The notes below the pieces were generated by a model that made no database searches, had not been told where the DNA came from, and saw only the letters and a list, made by a program, of their open reading frames with translations. A DNA stretch of 64,000 bases from Pseudomonadota bacterium (lineage in GTDB: Bacteria; Pseudomonadota; Gammaproteobacteria; Magnimaribacterales; D2472). Below are positions 20,266 through 29,778 of the stretch, in pieces. Position numbers and translations under genes: made by a program. The stretch is taken from contig JAOMBK010000004.1 in assembly GCA_028344535.1 (NCBI GenBank), forward strand, positions 3,893 through 67,892, given 5' to 3'. Numbering within the stretch: position 1 is the first letter of the stretch; each line of letters starts with the position of its first letter.

Positions 20266-21084
20266 TTGAAACAAGACTTATTTACTTTCTCCATTCAAGA
20301 AGCAGAAACATTAGGCATGGAATGTGCTGTTGTTCTGGCCGCAGCTAAAGAAATTAAAACTGAGTTATTTACGCCAAGCGAAATTGCAACAAGCCTGAAT
20401 GAAAAAATTCCTTTTTTAGATAGTCAGGAAATCCTTAAACATATAAGTAGATTAATTGATCTAAAATTAATCCCTTCAGAAATTGTCTCCAAAAAAAATA
20501 AGGTCTCTCAAAATAAAAATCTTTATTCGTTGAAACTACCTTCCAGTAATCTCAATGCAGGAAGAAGAAAGCTTGATAACTCTTGGGCCCCTTCCATTCA
20601 AGCATTTGAAGTCTTGGGTATGGGCAACATTAATAAAGAATTTATTAAGAGCAAAGTGAATGAGTTCAAAATGTATTGGTTAGAAAAAAATCAAGTTAGG
20701 GATAACTGGAATGTATTATTTGTGGATTTTATACGCAGGGAGTGGGTCAAAGAAAACTCTGAAAATAAGGGTTTGCCTGTCTGCATCGACGAGAACTGGT
20801 CACCTTCTTCTGATGCTTTTGACATTTTAGAATTGGCGAATGTTTCAAAAAATGATGCATTAAAACACTTGAAGGAGTTTATACTTTACTGGAAAGAAAA
20901 TGGAACTGCTCTAAGGTCTTGGAACTCAAAATTTGTAGATTTTGTTAAACGCAAAGAGTTGATAGGTTCCTATGAAGAAAAACATGACAAAAAAACTCAC
21001 AGACATAATGAACCAGGAGAGTTTTCTCAAAAGTTCAAAGACAGAACGAAAGATGATTCCTGGGCAGAAAATCTCGAATTCTGA
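20266..21084 (+). CDS. hypothetical protein: N-terminal HTH-like region plus two tandem DnaT-like repeats (phage O-type / primosome-like)
   Basis: 272-aa ORF with coding-like composition and an internal duplication. The listed TTG start is the first codon after the aroG TAA, in the same frame, with AGGA 3 nt upstream. ATG 20317 is an alternative start. Confidence 0.6.
   Translation: MKQDLFTFSIQEAETLGMECAVVLAAAKEIKTELFTPSEIATSLNEKIPFLDSQEILKHISRLIDLKLIPSEIVSKKNKVSQNKNLYSLKLPSSNLNAGRRKLDNSWAPSIQAFEVLGMGNINKEFIKSKVNEFKMYWLEKNQVRDNWNVLFVDFIRREWVKENSENKGLPVCIDENWSPSSDAFDILELANVSKNDALKHLKEFILYWKENGTALRSWNSKFVDFVKRKELIGSYEEKHDKKTHRHNEPGEFSQKFKDRTKDDSWAENLEF
20572..20958 (+). repeat. intragenic tandem duplication (two ~58-aa protein repeats)
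   Basis: The first repeat, aa 103-160, is LDNSWAPSIQAFEVLGMGNINKEFIKSKVNEFKMYWLEKNQVRDNWNVLFVDFIRREW. The second, aa 174-231, is IDENWSPSSDAFDILELANVSKNDALKHLKEFILYWKENGTALRSWNSKFVDFVKRKE. About 21 positions are identical, including W-x-P-S, A-F, E-F, Y-W and W-N..F-V-D-F. Confidence 0.7.
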
Positions 21085-21631
21085 AAGAAAAAGCTTTATT
21101 GAGGCAATTGATAATCTTTTTTTAAAGCTGGAGCTTTCCTATCATTATCAATTTTATAAAGTTTTTGGGACTGATCATAGGCTCAAAGAGGCTAAAAAGC
21201 TTTGGGCAGAAAGCCTAAAGAAATATCCGGCTGAATGCATCAATGCGGCAGTGGAAACGGTAATACAAGCAAATGATTATCTTCCAACTCTTACAGAAGT
21301 TCTCAAAGCATGCTCGGGATCAATGGGTGCAATTAACATTCCAACTCCGCAAGAGGCATTTATTGAGGCTCAGAAATCTTCATCACCAAGGCAAAGCTTT
21401 CCCTGGACTCACCCTATTATTTATTGGGCAGGAAGAGAAATTGGCTGGGAATTGATTAATTCTAAAAATAATAATAATGCTTTCCAAGCTTTTTCAAAAA
21501 CCTATATGCGCTTAGTTAAAGAAATGAAGGCCGGAAAAGAATTTACAGTTACTCCGAAAGAGCAATTAGATGCTTTAGAACCTTTAGATTTAGATTTGTT
21601 AGAAAAGCTAAGGAAAAAATATAATCTCTAA
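21053..21631 (+). CDS. phage lambda P-like replication protein (putative helicase loader)
   Basis: KEAKKLWAESLKKYPAECINAAVETVIQANDYLPTLTEVLKAC followed by FPWTHPIIYWAGREIGW. This parallels my recollection of lambda P (..RRQWVLAF..FLPSPGQFVAWC..YPWKSNAHYW..). The ORF track starts at 20972, but that would overlap the upstream gene by 113 nt. ATG 21053 gives a 32-nt overlap. Confidence 0.6.
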   Translation: MIPGQKISNSERKSFIEAIDNLFLKLELSYHYQFYKVFGTDHRLKEAKKLWAESLKKYPAECINAAVETVIQANDYLPTLTEVLKACSGSMGAINIPTPQEAFIEAQKSSSPRQSFPWTHPIIYWAGREIGWELINSKNNNNAFQAFSKTYMRLVKEMKAGKEFTVTPKEQLDALEPLDLDLLEKLRKKYNL

Positions 21632-21633
21632 AA

Positions 21634-21669
21634 TGTAAAGTGTACTTTACAAAAAAGATGAACTATAAT
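21634..21669 (+). promoter_or_regulatory. candidate operator palindrome next to a consensus -10 box upstream of the RND pump operon
   Basis: TGTAAAGT-GT-ACTTTACA (21634..21651) has perfect 8-bp arms. A perfect TATAAT sits at 21664..21669, about 50 nt upstream of the MFP start. The palindrome covers the expected -35 area. Confidence 0.3.
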
Positions 21670-21721
21670 CCTCCCCCGCATGTCGAAATAGAAACAGCGT
21701 AAAAATTATAAAAAGAAAAAA

Positions 21722-22603
21722 ATGTCAAAAAACGTAAGGATTTCTCTATACATATTAATACCAGTAATAGCTTGGATGATTTCTGGTCAATTTGTAGAAG
21801 AAGCAACATTAGCTGAAAAGGTAGATAATAAATTATCCTCGGTTGTTATTTCTGAGAGCCAGCCTATATTCTTTTCACCTTCAATTACATTAAATTCTTC
21901 AGCTACTTCTGAGAAAAGGGTAGATATTTTAGCCAAAACATCAGGAGAGGTTATGCCAAATAATGTCTTGCAGGGTGACTGGGTAGAAAAAGATCAAGTG
22001 CTGTGTAGGCTAGGAGTCGTTGAGCTTAATAGAACTGAAGTAAAAGCCCCATTCAAAGGATATATTGAAAGAATTGTAAAACCTGGCAATTACCTAAGTA
22101 AAGGCCAAACATGTGCTGTGATTATTGAATTAGATCCTATCACTTTTATTGCTGAGGTTCCTGAAACAGAAATTAAGAAAGTGATCAACGAGCAAAAAGT
22201 TTCAATTGAGCTTGTTACAGGTGAAGTCATCAAGAGCAAATTAAGCTTTGTATCAAAAAGCGCGTCATCTTCAACTCGCACTTTTAGGGTTGAAGCAAAA
22301 GTCTCTAATGCTAGTGGCAGGATAAGAGATGGAATTACTGGAACAATGACCATTCAAACCAATAAGGTGCTTGCTAGTAAAATATCGCCATCTATTTTAC
22401 TGTTATCAGATGAAGGCGACATTGGTGTCAGAGTTGTTAATGACAACGATGAAGTAAAATTTTTGCCAATCAACATTATCGAAGATACCAATGATGGAAT
22501 ATGGGTAACAGGAATTCCAAATCTTTCAAAGCTTATTGTGCTTGGTCAGGGATTTGTAAAAAATGGCGAGAAGGTACAAACAACTTTCCTGTCTGACGTA
22601 TGA
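21722..22603 (+). CDS. RND efflux periplasmic adaptor (membrane fusion protein)
   Basis: N-terminal TM anchor, and a beta-barrel/lipoyl-like region (VKAPFKGYIERI). 4-nt overlap with the RND permease gene. Confidence 0.85.
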   Translation: MSKNVRISLYILIPVIAWMISGQFVEEATLAEKVDNKLSSVVISESQPIFFSPSITLNSSATSEKRVDILAKTSGEVMPNNVLQGDWVEKDQVLCRLGVVELNRTEVKAPFKGYIERIVKPGNYLSKGQTCAVIIELDPITFIAEVPETEIKKVINEQKVSIELVTGEVIKSKLSFVSKSASSSTRTFRVEAKVSNASGRIRDGITGTMTIQTNKVLASKISPSILLLSDEGDIGVRVVNDNDEVKFLPINIIEDTNDGIWVTGIPNLSKLIVLGQGFVKNGEKVQTTFLSDV

Positions 22604-25600
22604 CTAAAATTGTAGATTTTGCTTTATCAAAAGCAAGAACTACCTTGGCCTTAGCTTTGCTTGTTATTGTTGCTGGATCAATTGCTCGATCTTCTCTTGG
22701 TGTGGCTGCTGATCCAAATATCCAATTGCCTCTTGTGAGTGTGTCAGTATTTTTAGATGGTGCTTCTCCAGAAGATGCATCAAGACTCATTGCAAGACCC
22801 TTAGAAACTAGATTAAGAAGTGTTCCTGGTGTAAAAGAGCTCTCTTCATCCGCGAGGTTAAGTTATGCACGAATTGTTGCAGAGTTCGAGGTTGGCTATA
22901 GCATAGATACGGCGTTACGAGATATCAAGCAAGCAGTGGAGGAAGTTAAATTTGAACTTCCAAGAGAGGCAGAGGACCCTCAAATTAGAGAATATTCCTT
23001 TGCTATGTTTCCAGTGATGAACTTAAGTCTCATTGGATCAGCTTCATTGAGACAGAAAGTATTCATAGCAAGAGAGTTTCAAGATAGGTTAGAATCCATC
23101 AGCGAAGTTCTTGCTGCAGATCTTGAGGGTGTTCCTCAAGAGGTTCTTGTTGGAATCATAGACAAATCCAAAATGGAAACCTATGGCATAACTTTGAATC
23201 AACTTTATAACGCTATTTCAAGCAATAATCTAATTATTCCGGGTGGAGCTCAAGATACTGGTTCAGGTAAATTTAATATTGAAGTACCAGGAATTTTTGA
23301 AACTGCAGAAGATGTTTACAACATTCCTATTAAAGTTACTCGCGATGCAGTTGTAACCTTAAGTGATATTGGAGAAATTAAAAGAACGTTTAAAGATTAC
23401 TCTTCTTTTGCAAAAGTTAATGGCGAGGATGCGATAACACTTGAAATTCGAATTAGAGTGGGTGCAAATGCAATTGATGCTAAAACTGAAATCTTAAAAG
23501 TAGTTGCTGACTTTCAAGAAACTTTACCCCCCAACCTTTCGATAGTAAAAACCAATGATGAAACTGTCTGGGCTGAAATGATGATCTCAGAACTTGAAGG
23601 GAATATTATTACAGCTATTTTCTTGGTTATGGTTCTCGTCATTGCAAGTATGGGAGTAAGGGTTGGGATGTTGGTTGGCCTCTCTATCCCTTTTTGTTTT
23701 CTATTAACTTTTATTATTTTAAAGGTTGTAGGAATTGAGTTTAACTTTCTAGTCATGATGGGTCTTCTTCTTGGGTTGGGAATGTTGATCGATGGTTCAA
23801 TAGTAGTAACTGAATATGCCGATAGAAAAATTTCTGAGGGTTTAAACAGATTAGAGGCATATCGACTGGCCTCTAAAAGAATGTTTTATCCGATTCTTTC
23901 ATCCACAGCCACCACCATTGCAGCGTTTATACCTTTAATCTTTTGGCCAGGCTTCACCGGTCAATTTATGCGCTATCTTCCTGTAACAGTTTTTATTGTT
24001 TTAACTGCATCTCTTGTGTACGCAATGATCGTAACTCCTGTTATAGGTTCAATATTTGGACAAAGAAGATCAACTCTAATATCTGGTGAAAATGAACAAA
24101 CCGGAGAAGTGGTATTCGATAAGATTTCTACTTTTTATGGAAAATGGCTTAGAACATTTGTTAAAAATCCTGGCGAAACCCTCGTTGCTGTCCTTATGCT
24201 TCTATGGTTTTTTGGATATGCCATGTATGGAAACTTTGGTAAGGGGACCATTTATTTTGCTGATGTAGATCCTTTTGCAGCGGAAATAAATATTCGAGCG
24301 CGAGGTAACTTCTCGGCTCTTGAATCAAAAGAAATCATGGAAAAGGTTGAGTCATCTATATCTGAAGTGCGAGGCGTTGAAAACTTATATCTTACAACTG
24401 GCTCACAATGGTTTAACTCAGGAGGAGACACCATGTCTAGGGGCTTTCTTGAAGTAGGCATGACAAATGATGGGGAGTTAACCGGAAATGAAATTATAAA
24501 AAATGTTGAAGTAGCTGTTTCTAACCTGCCAGGAATCATTGTTGAAATTACTCCAGAAGAAGGAGGCCCTGGCTTTAGCTCACCAATAGAACTTGGTATT
24601 TTTGGAAATAATGAAGATCAGGTTGCTCAAGCAACTCAAAGAATTGAAAAATATTTACAAGAAGATGTTGTCGGGCTTACAAATATAAATACAACACTGC
24701 CTCACCCATTAATTGAGTGGAAGGTTGAAGTAGACAAACAAAAAGCTGCTCAACTTGGCGTGAGCATGATGGATATAGGTGCATTAGTTCAAATGCTTAC
24801 AAATGGTTTCAAGGTTGGAGAGTACAGGCCAGATGATTCAAAAGATGAAATTGAAATCAGAGCAAGATTTGATACTGAGCTTAGGTCCTTGAGTGGCATA
24901 AAAGATCTTAAGGTTAATTCAATTAATGGCCTTATTCCAATTAGCACCTTTATAAAGCTAGTACCTTCACAAAATCGTCAATCTGTTGTCAGAAGGAATG
25001 GTAAATTTTTCCATGAGATAGGAATTGCAACTGACACTGGGTATCTTGTATCTGATAAAGTGACTGAAATTGGAGCTTGGCTAGAAACTCAGGACTTTGG
25101 CTCTGAGATTACAACTCAATTTAGAGGGCAACAAGAAGAAACCGAAGAAGTGACAGCATTTCTTAGTGGTGCTGCTCTAACAGCTCTAGCTCTGATGCTA
25201 ATCTTGTTAGTGACTCAATTTAATAGCTTTTATCAATCAATACTTGTGCTGAGCGCAGTATTTATGTCGGTGGTTGGTGTTTTGATAGGCCTTATGATCA
25301 TGGGAAAACCCTTCAGTACTACTATGAATGGAATTGCAATTGTTGCTTTGTCAGGAATAGTTGTGAATAACAACATTGTTCTTATCGATACATTTAATAG
25401 ATTAACCGGAGAATTTCCAAATCTTTCAAAAGAAGAGGTAATTATGAAAGCTTGCAAACAGCGCCTGAGACCGATTCTATTGACAACCACAACAACCATT
25501 TTTGGCCTTCTTCCCCTTGCAGTTGGTGTAAGCATTGATGTGTTGTCGAGAGAAATATTAATAGGTAGCCGAGTTGTTGAGTGGTGGACATTACTAGCAT

Positions 25601-25731
25601 CATCAATTGTGTTTGGTCTATCATTTAGCACAGTATTAACTTTAATTTTTACTCCGGCCGCACTCATACTTCCATCTAGAGTTAAAGCATGGCTTCAAAA
25701 TAGATTTGGTCTATTTAAAACAGCAAGTTAA
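22600..25731 (+). CDS. RND efflux permease (AcrB/AcrD/AcrF family)
   Basis: 1043 aa with a 12-TM architecture and two large periplasmic loops. Typical segments include GLLLGLGMLIDGSIVVTE and LRPILLTTTTTIFGLLPLA. Confidence 0.93.
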   Translation: MTKIVDFALSKARTTLALALLVIVAGSIARSSLGVAADPNIQLPLVSVSVFLDGASPEDASRLIARPLETRLRSVPGVKELSSSARLSYARIVAEFEVGYSIDTALRDIKQAVEEVKFELPREAEDPQIREYSFAMFPVMNLSLIGSASLRQKVFIAREFQDRLESISEVLAADLEGVPQEVLVGIIDKSKMETYGITLNQLYNAISSNNLIIPGGAQDTGSGKFNIEVPGIFETAEDVYNIPIKVTRDAVVTLSDIGEIKRTFKDYSSFAKVNGEDAITLEIRIRVGANAIDAKTEILKVVADFQETLPPNLSIVKTNDETVWAEMMISELEGNIITAIFLVMVLVIASMGVRVGMLVGLSIPFCFLLTFIILKVVGIEFNFLVMMGLLLGLGMLIDGSIVVTEYADRKISEGLNRLEAYRLASKRMFYPILSSTATTIAAFIPLIFWPGFTGQFMRYLPVTVFIVLTASLVYAMIVTPVIGSIFGQRRSTLISGENEQTGEVVFDKISTFYGKWLRTFVKNPGETLVAVLMLLWFFGYAMYGNFGKGTIYFADVDPFAAEINIRARGNFSALESKEIMEKVESSISEVRGVENLYLTTGSQWFNSGGDTMSRGFLEVGMTNDGELTGNEIIKNVEVAVSNLPGIIVEITPEEGGPGFSSPIELGIFGNNEDQVAQATQRIEKYLQEDVVGLTNINTTLPHPLIEWKVEVDKQKAAQLGVSMMDIGALVQMLTNGFKVGEYRPDDSKDEIEIRARFDTELRSLSGIKDLKVNSINGLIPISTFIKLVPSQNRQSVVRRNGKFFHEIGIATDTGYLVSDKVTEIGAWLETQDFGSEITTQFRGQQEETEEVTAFLSGAALTALALMLILLVTQFNSFYQSILVLSAVFMSVVGVLIGLMIMGKPFSTTMNGIAIVALSGIVVNNNIVLIDTFNRLTGEFPNLSKEEVIMKACKQRLRPILLTTTTTIFGLLPLAVGVSIDVLSREILIGSRVVEWWTLLASSIVFGLSFSTVLTLIFTPAALILPSRVKAWLQNRFGLFKTAS

Positions 25732-25765
25732 GTGCCCAAAAAAATAGCATCGGTTACAATAAAGC

Positions 25766-25984
25766 ATGACAAAAAAAGATACAGTGAATTTTGAATCATC
25801 TCTAAAAAAACTTGAGCAAATTGTTGCCAAGCTTGAGGATGGAGACGTGAGCTTAGAGGATAGCGTTAAATCTTTTGAAGAAGGGATTGGTTTAGTTAAG
25901 GAATGTCAGAAACAGCTTTCTGCAGCTGAGTTAAAAGTAAAAAAACTTTTAGATAGCGGCGATTCAGTAGACCTGGATAGCTAA
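25766..25984 (+). CDS. xseB: exodeoxyribonuclease VII small subunit
   Basis: FESSLKKLEQIVAKLEDGDVSLEDSVKSFEEGIGLVKEC. Conserved xseB-ispA-dxs order. Confidence 0.9.
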   Translation: MTKKDTVNFESSLKKLEQIVAKLEDGDVSLEDSVKSFEEGIGLVKECQKQLSAAELKVKKLLDSGDSVDLDS

Positions 25985-25994
25985 GATTGGATCT

Positions 25995-26864
25995 ATGTCT
26001 TTAAGCTTTCTATCTGAATGCAAAGAAAAAGTATTCAATCGAATAGATGCCCTGCTTCCAGATGCCAATAAAATAGCTTCTTCCATGCGATATTCAGCTC
26101 TAGCAGATAGTAAATGCATACGAGCCGGTTTAATTTTTGCCTCTGGAAATTTAAATAAAGAAATTTCTAATTTAGCATTAATTGATATGGCTGCTAGCAT
26201 TGAACTCATGCACACCTATTCTTTAATTCATGATGACTTGCCATCAATGGATAACGATGCAATGAGAAGAGGACAAGCTTCAAACCATATAAAATTTAAT
26301 GAAGCTACAGCTATTTTAACTGGGGACGCGCTGCAAGCTTTAGCTTACGAGAACATTGTTGCATCACCTGAAATAACCGATTCGCAAAAAATTACATCAA
26401 TCAAGGCCCTTGCAGATGCATGTGGGCACGAAGGCATGATTTTAGGTCAGCAATATGATTTAGATGCTGAAAAAAATGAATACAATGATATTAAAAAAAT
26501 TCATGAGCTAAAAACAGGAAAGTTAATCAGAGTTGCAATGACAATGCCTCATCTAGGAAATGAAAAACAAAAAAACCAACTCATAGTTTTAGATGAGGTT
26601 GGTAGAGATCTTGGTCTTGCTTTTCAGATTATCGATGATGTATTGGAGGTATCTTCAGATTCAACCACGCTGGGAAAAAGCAACCAATCAGACTTGGTGA
26701 ATAAAAAACTAACCTATGTCAGTGCCTTTGGTAAACAAGCATCTATTGATCAAGCGCATGCTTTATCAAATGCGTGTATTTCTAAATTAGAAAGTTCATT
26801 CAATAATGATGAAGTGGCCGAAATGCTAGCATTAGCCAAATTTATGGTTGAAAGAAAGAGTTAA
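25995..26864 (+). CDS. ispA: farnesyl diphosphate synthase
   Basis: First and second Asp-rich motifs: LIHDDLPSMDND and FQIIDDVLE. Confidence 0.93.
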   Translation: MSLSFLSECKEKVFNRIDALLPDANKIASSMRYSALADSKCIRAGLIFASGNLNKEISNLALIDMAASIELMHTYSLIHDDLPSMDNDAMRRGQASNHIKFNEATAILTGDALQALAYENIVASPEITDSQKITSIKALADACGHEGMILGQQYDLDAEKNEYNDIKKIHELKTGKLIRVAMTMPHLGNEKQKNQLIVLDEVGRDLGLAFQIIDDVLEVSSDSTTLGKSNQSDLVNKKLTYVSAFGKQASIDQAHALSNACISKLESSFNNDEVAEMLALAKFMVERKS

Positions 26865-26865
26865 G

Positions 26866-28734
26866 ATGAAAATATTCTCTGAAATTCCAACCAGTCCTCC
26901 TAAAACACTAGTTTTAGACAAAGTAAACTTACCTGAAGACATTAAAAATTTAACTCCCGTAGAACTCAAGACATTGGCTGATGATGTGCGAGCGCATATG
27001 CTATACAGTGTTGGTCAAAGCGGTGGCCATCTTGGCGGAGGTCTAGGAGTAGTAGAGCTTACAGTTGTCTTGCAGTACCTATACGATACTCCCGATGACA
27101 AAATAATTTGGGATGTGGGTCACCAAGCCTATCCGCATAAAATTCTTACTGGCAGAAAAGATAACCTTACTTCAATTCGTCATAAAGATGGATTAGCTCC
27201 ATTTCCAAACCGAGAAGAAAGTCCGTATGACGCTTTTGGTGTCGGTCACTCCAGCACATCTATAAGTGCTGCGCTTGGCATGGCGATTGCCAATCAAGAT
27301 ACAAATAAAAAGGTTGTAGCTGTGATTGGTGATGGCGCTATGACAGCCGGAATGGCATTTGAAGGTTTAGCTCATGCAGGCCATATTAAACCCAATATGT
27401 TAATTATTCTTAATGATAATGATATGTCTATCTCAGAGAATGTTGGCGGGCTAAATAATTATTTTTCAAGAATCTGGGCATCAAAAGTCTACAAGGGAAT
27501 AAGAAAAAGTGGAAAAAGTTTTTTAGAAAATCTTCCTCAGGCTCACCACATAGCAAGAAAAGTGGAAACTCAAATGAAAGCTATGGTTGCTCCTGGAAGT
27601 ATCTTTGAAGAATTAGGGCTTAATTATATCGGTCCAATCGATGGTCATGACATTAATGAATTGATGACAGTGATAGGCAATTTGAAAGACTTTGAAGGTC
27701 CACAATTTTTGCATGTAATTACAAAAAAAGGTGCTGGATTAGATCCTGCAGAAGCTGACAGAATAAACTTTCATGCCATTGGAAAAATAAAACCACTGGA
27801 TGCATCTAACAAAACGAATGGGCCCAAATATCAAGATGTTTTTGGGCAATGGATTGTGGATATGGCCAATGTAGATGAAGAATTAATGGCAATAACTCCT
27901 GCCATGCGTGAAGGCTCTGGTCTGGTCAATTTCAGTAAAGAATTTCCTGAAAGATTCTTTGATGTTGCTATTGCAGAACAGCATGCAGTGACTCTTGCTG
28001 CGGGAATGGCATGTGAAGAGAAAAAACCCGTTGTGGCAATCTATTCGACCTTTCTTCAACGGGCTTATGATCAATTAATCCATGATGTAGCATTACAAAA
28101 TCTTAATGTTCTATTTGCAATTGACCGAGCTGGGCTAGTTGGTGAGGATGGCCCCACTCACTCTGGTAATTATGATCTTGTATATCTTAGGTGCATTCCA
28201 AACATGATTGTTGCAGTCCCTGCAGATGAAAATGAAGCAAGAAAATTGCTGACCACTGCATTTATGCACAATGGTCCTGCTGCCGTAAGGTATCCGAGAG
28301 GCGGAGGAATTAACTCGTCCATAGAGCTTGAGCTTAGTCCCCTAGAAATTGGCAAAGGTAGAGTTATGAATATCCAAGAATCAGACATGCTCGTGTTAAA
28401 TTTTGGAGCGCTAATGGAGACAGCTGAAGGAGTTGCTCAAGAGCTACATGCTACTTTATTAGACATGAGATTTGTTAAGCCCTTGGATAAAGAATTAATT
28501 GCTGAACATTCACACGATAAAAAAGTGATCATCACTATTGAGGATGGTGCCATATCTGGCGGCGCAGGCTCAGCAGTTAGTGAGTGGGCTCAGGAAAATA
28601 AAATGAAACACCAAATCATCATCTGTGGCATTCCAGATGAATTTATTGACCATGCCAGTCGAGCTGAAATGCTTGAGATGACAGGTCTGGATAAAAAAGG
28701 AATTCTTGCTAGAGTAAAAGACTGCTTAGCTTAA
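26866..28734 (+). CDS. dxs: 1-deoxy-D-xylulose-5-phosphate synthase
   Basis: [20 protein letters not shown] and [12 protein letters not shown] (TPP motif). The track ORF starts at 26848, but ATG 26866 (MKIFSEIP) avoids overlap with ispA and has AAGAG upstream. Confidence 0.94.
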   Translation: MKIFSEIPTSPPKTLVLDKVNLPEDIKNLTPVELKTLADDVRAHMLYSVGQSGGHLGGGLGVVELTVVLQYLYDTPDDKIIWDVGHQAYPHKILTGRKDNLTSIRHKDGLAPFPNREESPYDAFGVGHSSTSISAALGMAIANQDTNKKVVAVIGDGAMTAGMAFEGLAHAGHIKPNMLIILNDNDMSISENVGGLNNYFSRIWASKVYKGIRKSGKSFLENLPQAHHIARKVETQMKAMVAPGSIFEELGLNYIGPIDGHDINELMTVIGNLKDFEGPQFLHVITKKGAGLDPAEADRINFHAIGKIKPLDASNKTNGPKYQDVFGQWIVDMANVDEELMAITPAMREGSGLVNFSKEFPERFFDVAIAEQHAVTLAAGMACEEKKPVVAIYSTFLQRAYDQLIHDVALQNLNVLFAIDRAGLVGEDGPTHSGNYDLVYLRCIPNMIVAVPADENEARKLLTTAFMHNGPAAVRYPRGGGINSSIELELSPLEIGKGRVMNIQESDMLVLNFGALMETAEGVAQELHATLLDMRFVKPLDKELIAEHSHDKKVIITIEDGAISGGAGSAVSEWAQENKMKHQIIICGIPDEFIDHASRAEMLEMTGLDKKGILARVKDCLA

Positions 28735-29310
28735 GTGGCCCATCTTATCTCTTTTAGTATCGAGATAATTTTTATTCTTTTCATTGGCGCCTTCATGAAG
28801 AGCTGTTCTTTTGACAACCTTGATGCCCACCTCTTCTAGAGCATCTACTTTTTTTGGATTATTTGTTAAGAGATTTACCGAGGTAATATTAAAATGCTGC
28901 ATGATATCCAAGCAAATATTATATTCTCTTAAATCTGCTGGAAAACCCAATAATTCATTAGCCTCAACAGTATCATGACCTTGATCTTGCAAAGCATAGG
29001 CTCTGATTTTATTAACCAAACCAATGCCTCTGCCCTCTTGTCTTAAATACAACAATATCCCAGATTTATTTTCAGCCAACATCTTAAGTGCAGCTTGAAG
29101 TTGAGGTCCACAATCACACCTAAGGCTATGCAATGCATCTCCAGTCAAACACTCAGAATGGACCCTGCACATTACAGCATCTTGATTATGAATATCGCCA
29201 ATAGTCAGTGCTATATGATCTTTACCATTTGGTTCTTCAAAAGCTGAAATAGTAAAATCACCAAACTTTGTTGGTAATTCTGATTCAGACACAAATTTAC
29301 AGCTATTCAA
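28726..29310 (-). CDS. ribA: GTP cyclohydrolase II
   Basis: Zinc motif [21 protein letters not shown], plus [11 protein letters not shown]. Confidence 0.92.
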   Translation of the reverse strand: MNSCKFVSESELPTKFGDFTISAFEEPNGKDHIALTIGDIHNQDAVMCRVHSECLTGDALHSLRCDCGPQLQAALKMLAENKSGILLYLRQEGRGIGLVNKIRAYALQDQGHDTVEANELLGFPADLREYNICLDIMQHFNITSVNLLTNNPKKVDALEEVGIKVVKRTALHEGANEKNKNYLDTKRDKMGHLS

Positions 29311-29315
29311 TTGAT

Positions 29316-29777
29316 TTAAAGGAAGATAAAAATTGCGTAAATTATACCACCGGCAAACAATCCTGCTATTAAATCATCAAGAAGAATGCCCAGGCCTCCT
29401 TCTACATTTTTGTCTGCCCAAGAGATCGGCCAAGGCTTCCAAATATCAAACAACCTAAAAAGCAAAAAAGCCCAGAAGTAAATAATAATTTCATGAGCGA
29501 CAAAAGATAAAGCTACAAGCATTCCTGCCACTTCATCGATAACAATTGAAGAGTGATCTTTAGATTGGCTGTCTTGAGATGCTTGAGAGCATACCAGCCA
29601 AGAAAATAAAATAAAAATTGGTAAAACGATATGAATTGATGAATGCAAAAACTCTGCAAAATACCAAATAAGTAAGGCCGCTAGACTCCCCCAAGTGCCT
29701 GGTGCTGGTCGTATCAAACCTACTCCAAACCATGTAGCAAAAAGATGAGAGGATTTTTTTAGGTTAGGAAAATTCAT
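29316..29777 (-). CDS. pgpA: phosphatidylglycerophosphatase A
   Basis: [16 protein letters not shown] and DIWKPWPI motifs. thiL-pgpA pairing is conserved. Confidence 0.88.
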   Translation of the reverse strand: MNFPNLKKSSHLFATWFGVGLIRPAPGTWGSLAALLIWYFAEFLHSSIHIVLPIFILFSWLVCSQASQDSQSKDHSSIVIDEVAGMLVALSFVAHEIIIYFWAFLLFRLFDIWKPWPISWADKNVEGGLGILLDDLIAGLFAGGIIYAIFIFL

Positions 29778-29778
29778 T

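Noticed and set aside
20972-21052. Longer 5' extension of the lambda-P-like ORF (track start 20972)
   Set aside because: It would overlap the upstream ORF by 113 nt. The extension (MKKNMTKKLTDIMNQ..) is K/N-rich with no similarity to the P family. ATG 21053 is the more parsimonious start, though this is unproven.
20266-21631. Intact or recognisable prophage around the O/P-like pair
   Set aside because: No integrase, repressor, terminase or structural genes lie nearby. There is no tRNA-adjacent att-like repeat, and no visible compositional shift. Both flanks are core genes.
25233-25667. 144-aa minus-strand ORF, plus smaller ones at 23514..23756, 24252..24539 and 25442..25624
   Set aside because: All lie antisense inside the RND permease gene, which has an unambiguous family signature. 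They have no independent motifs and no start context.
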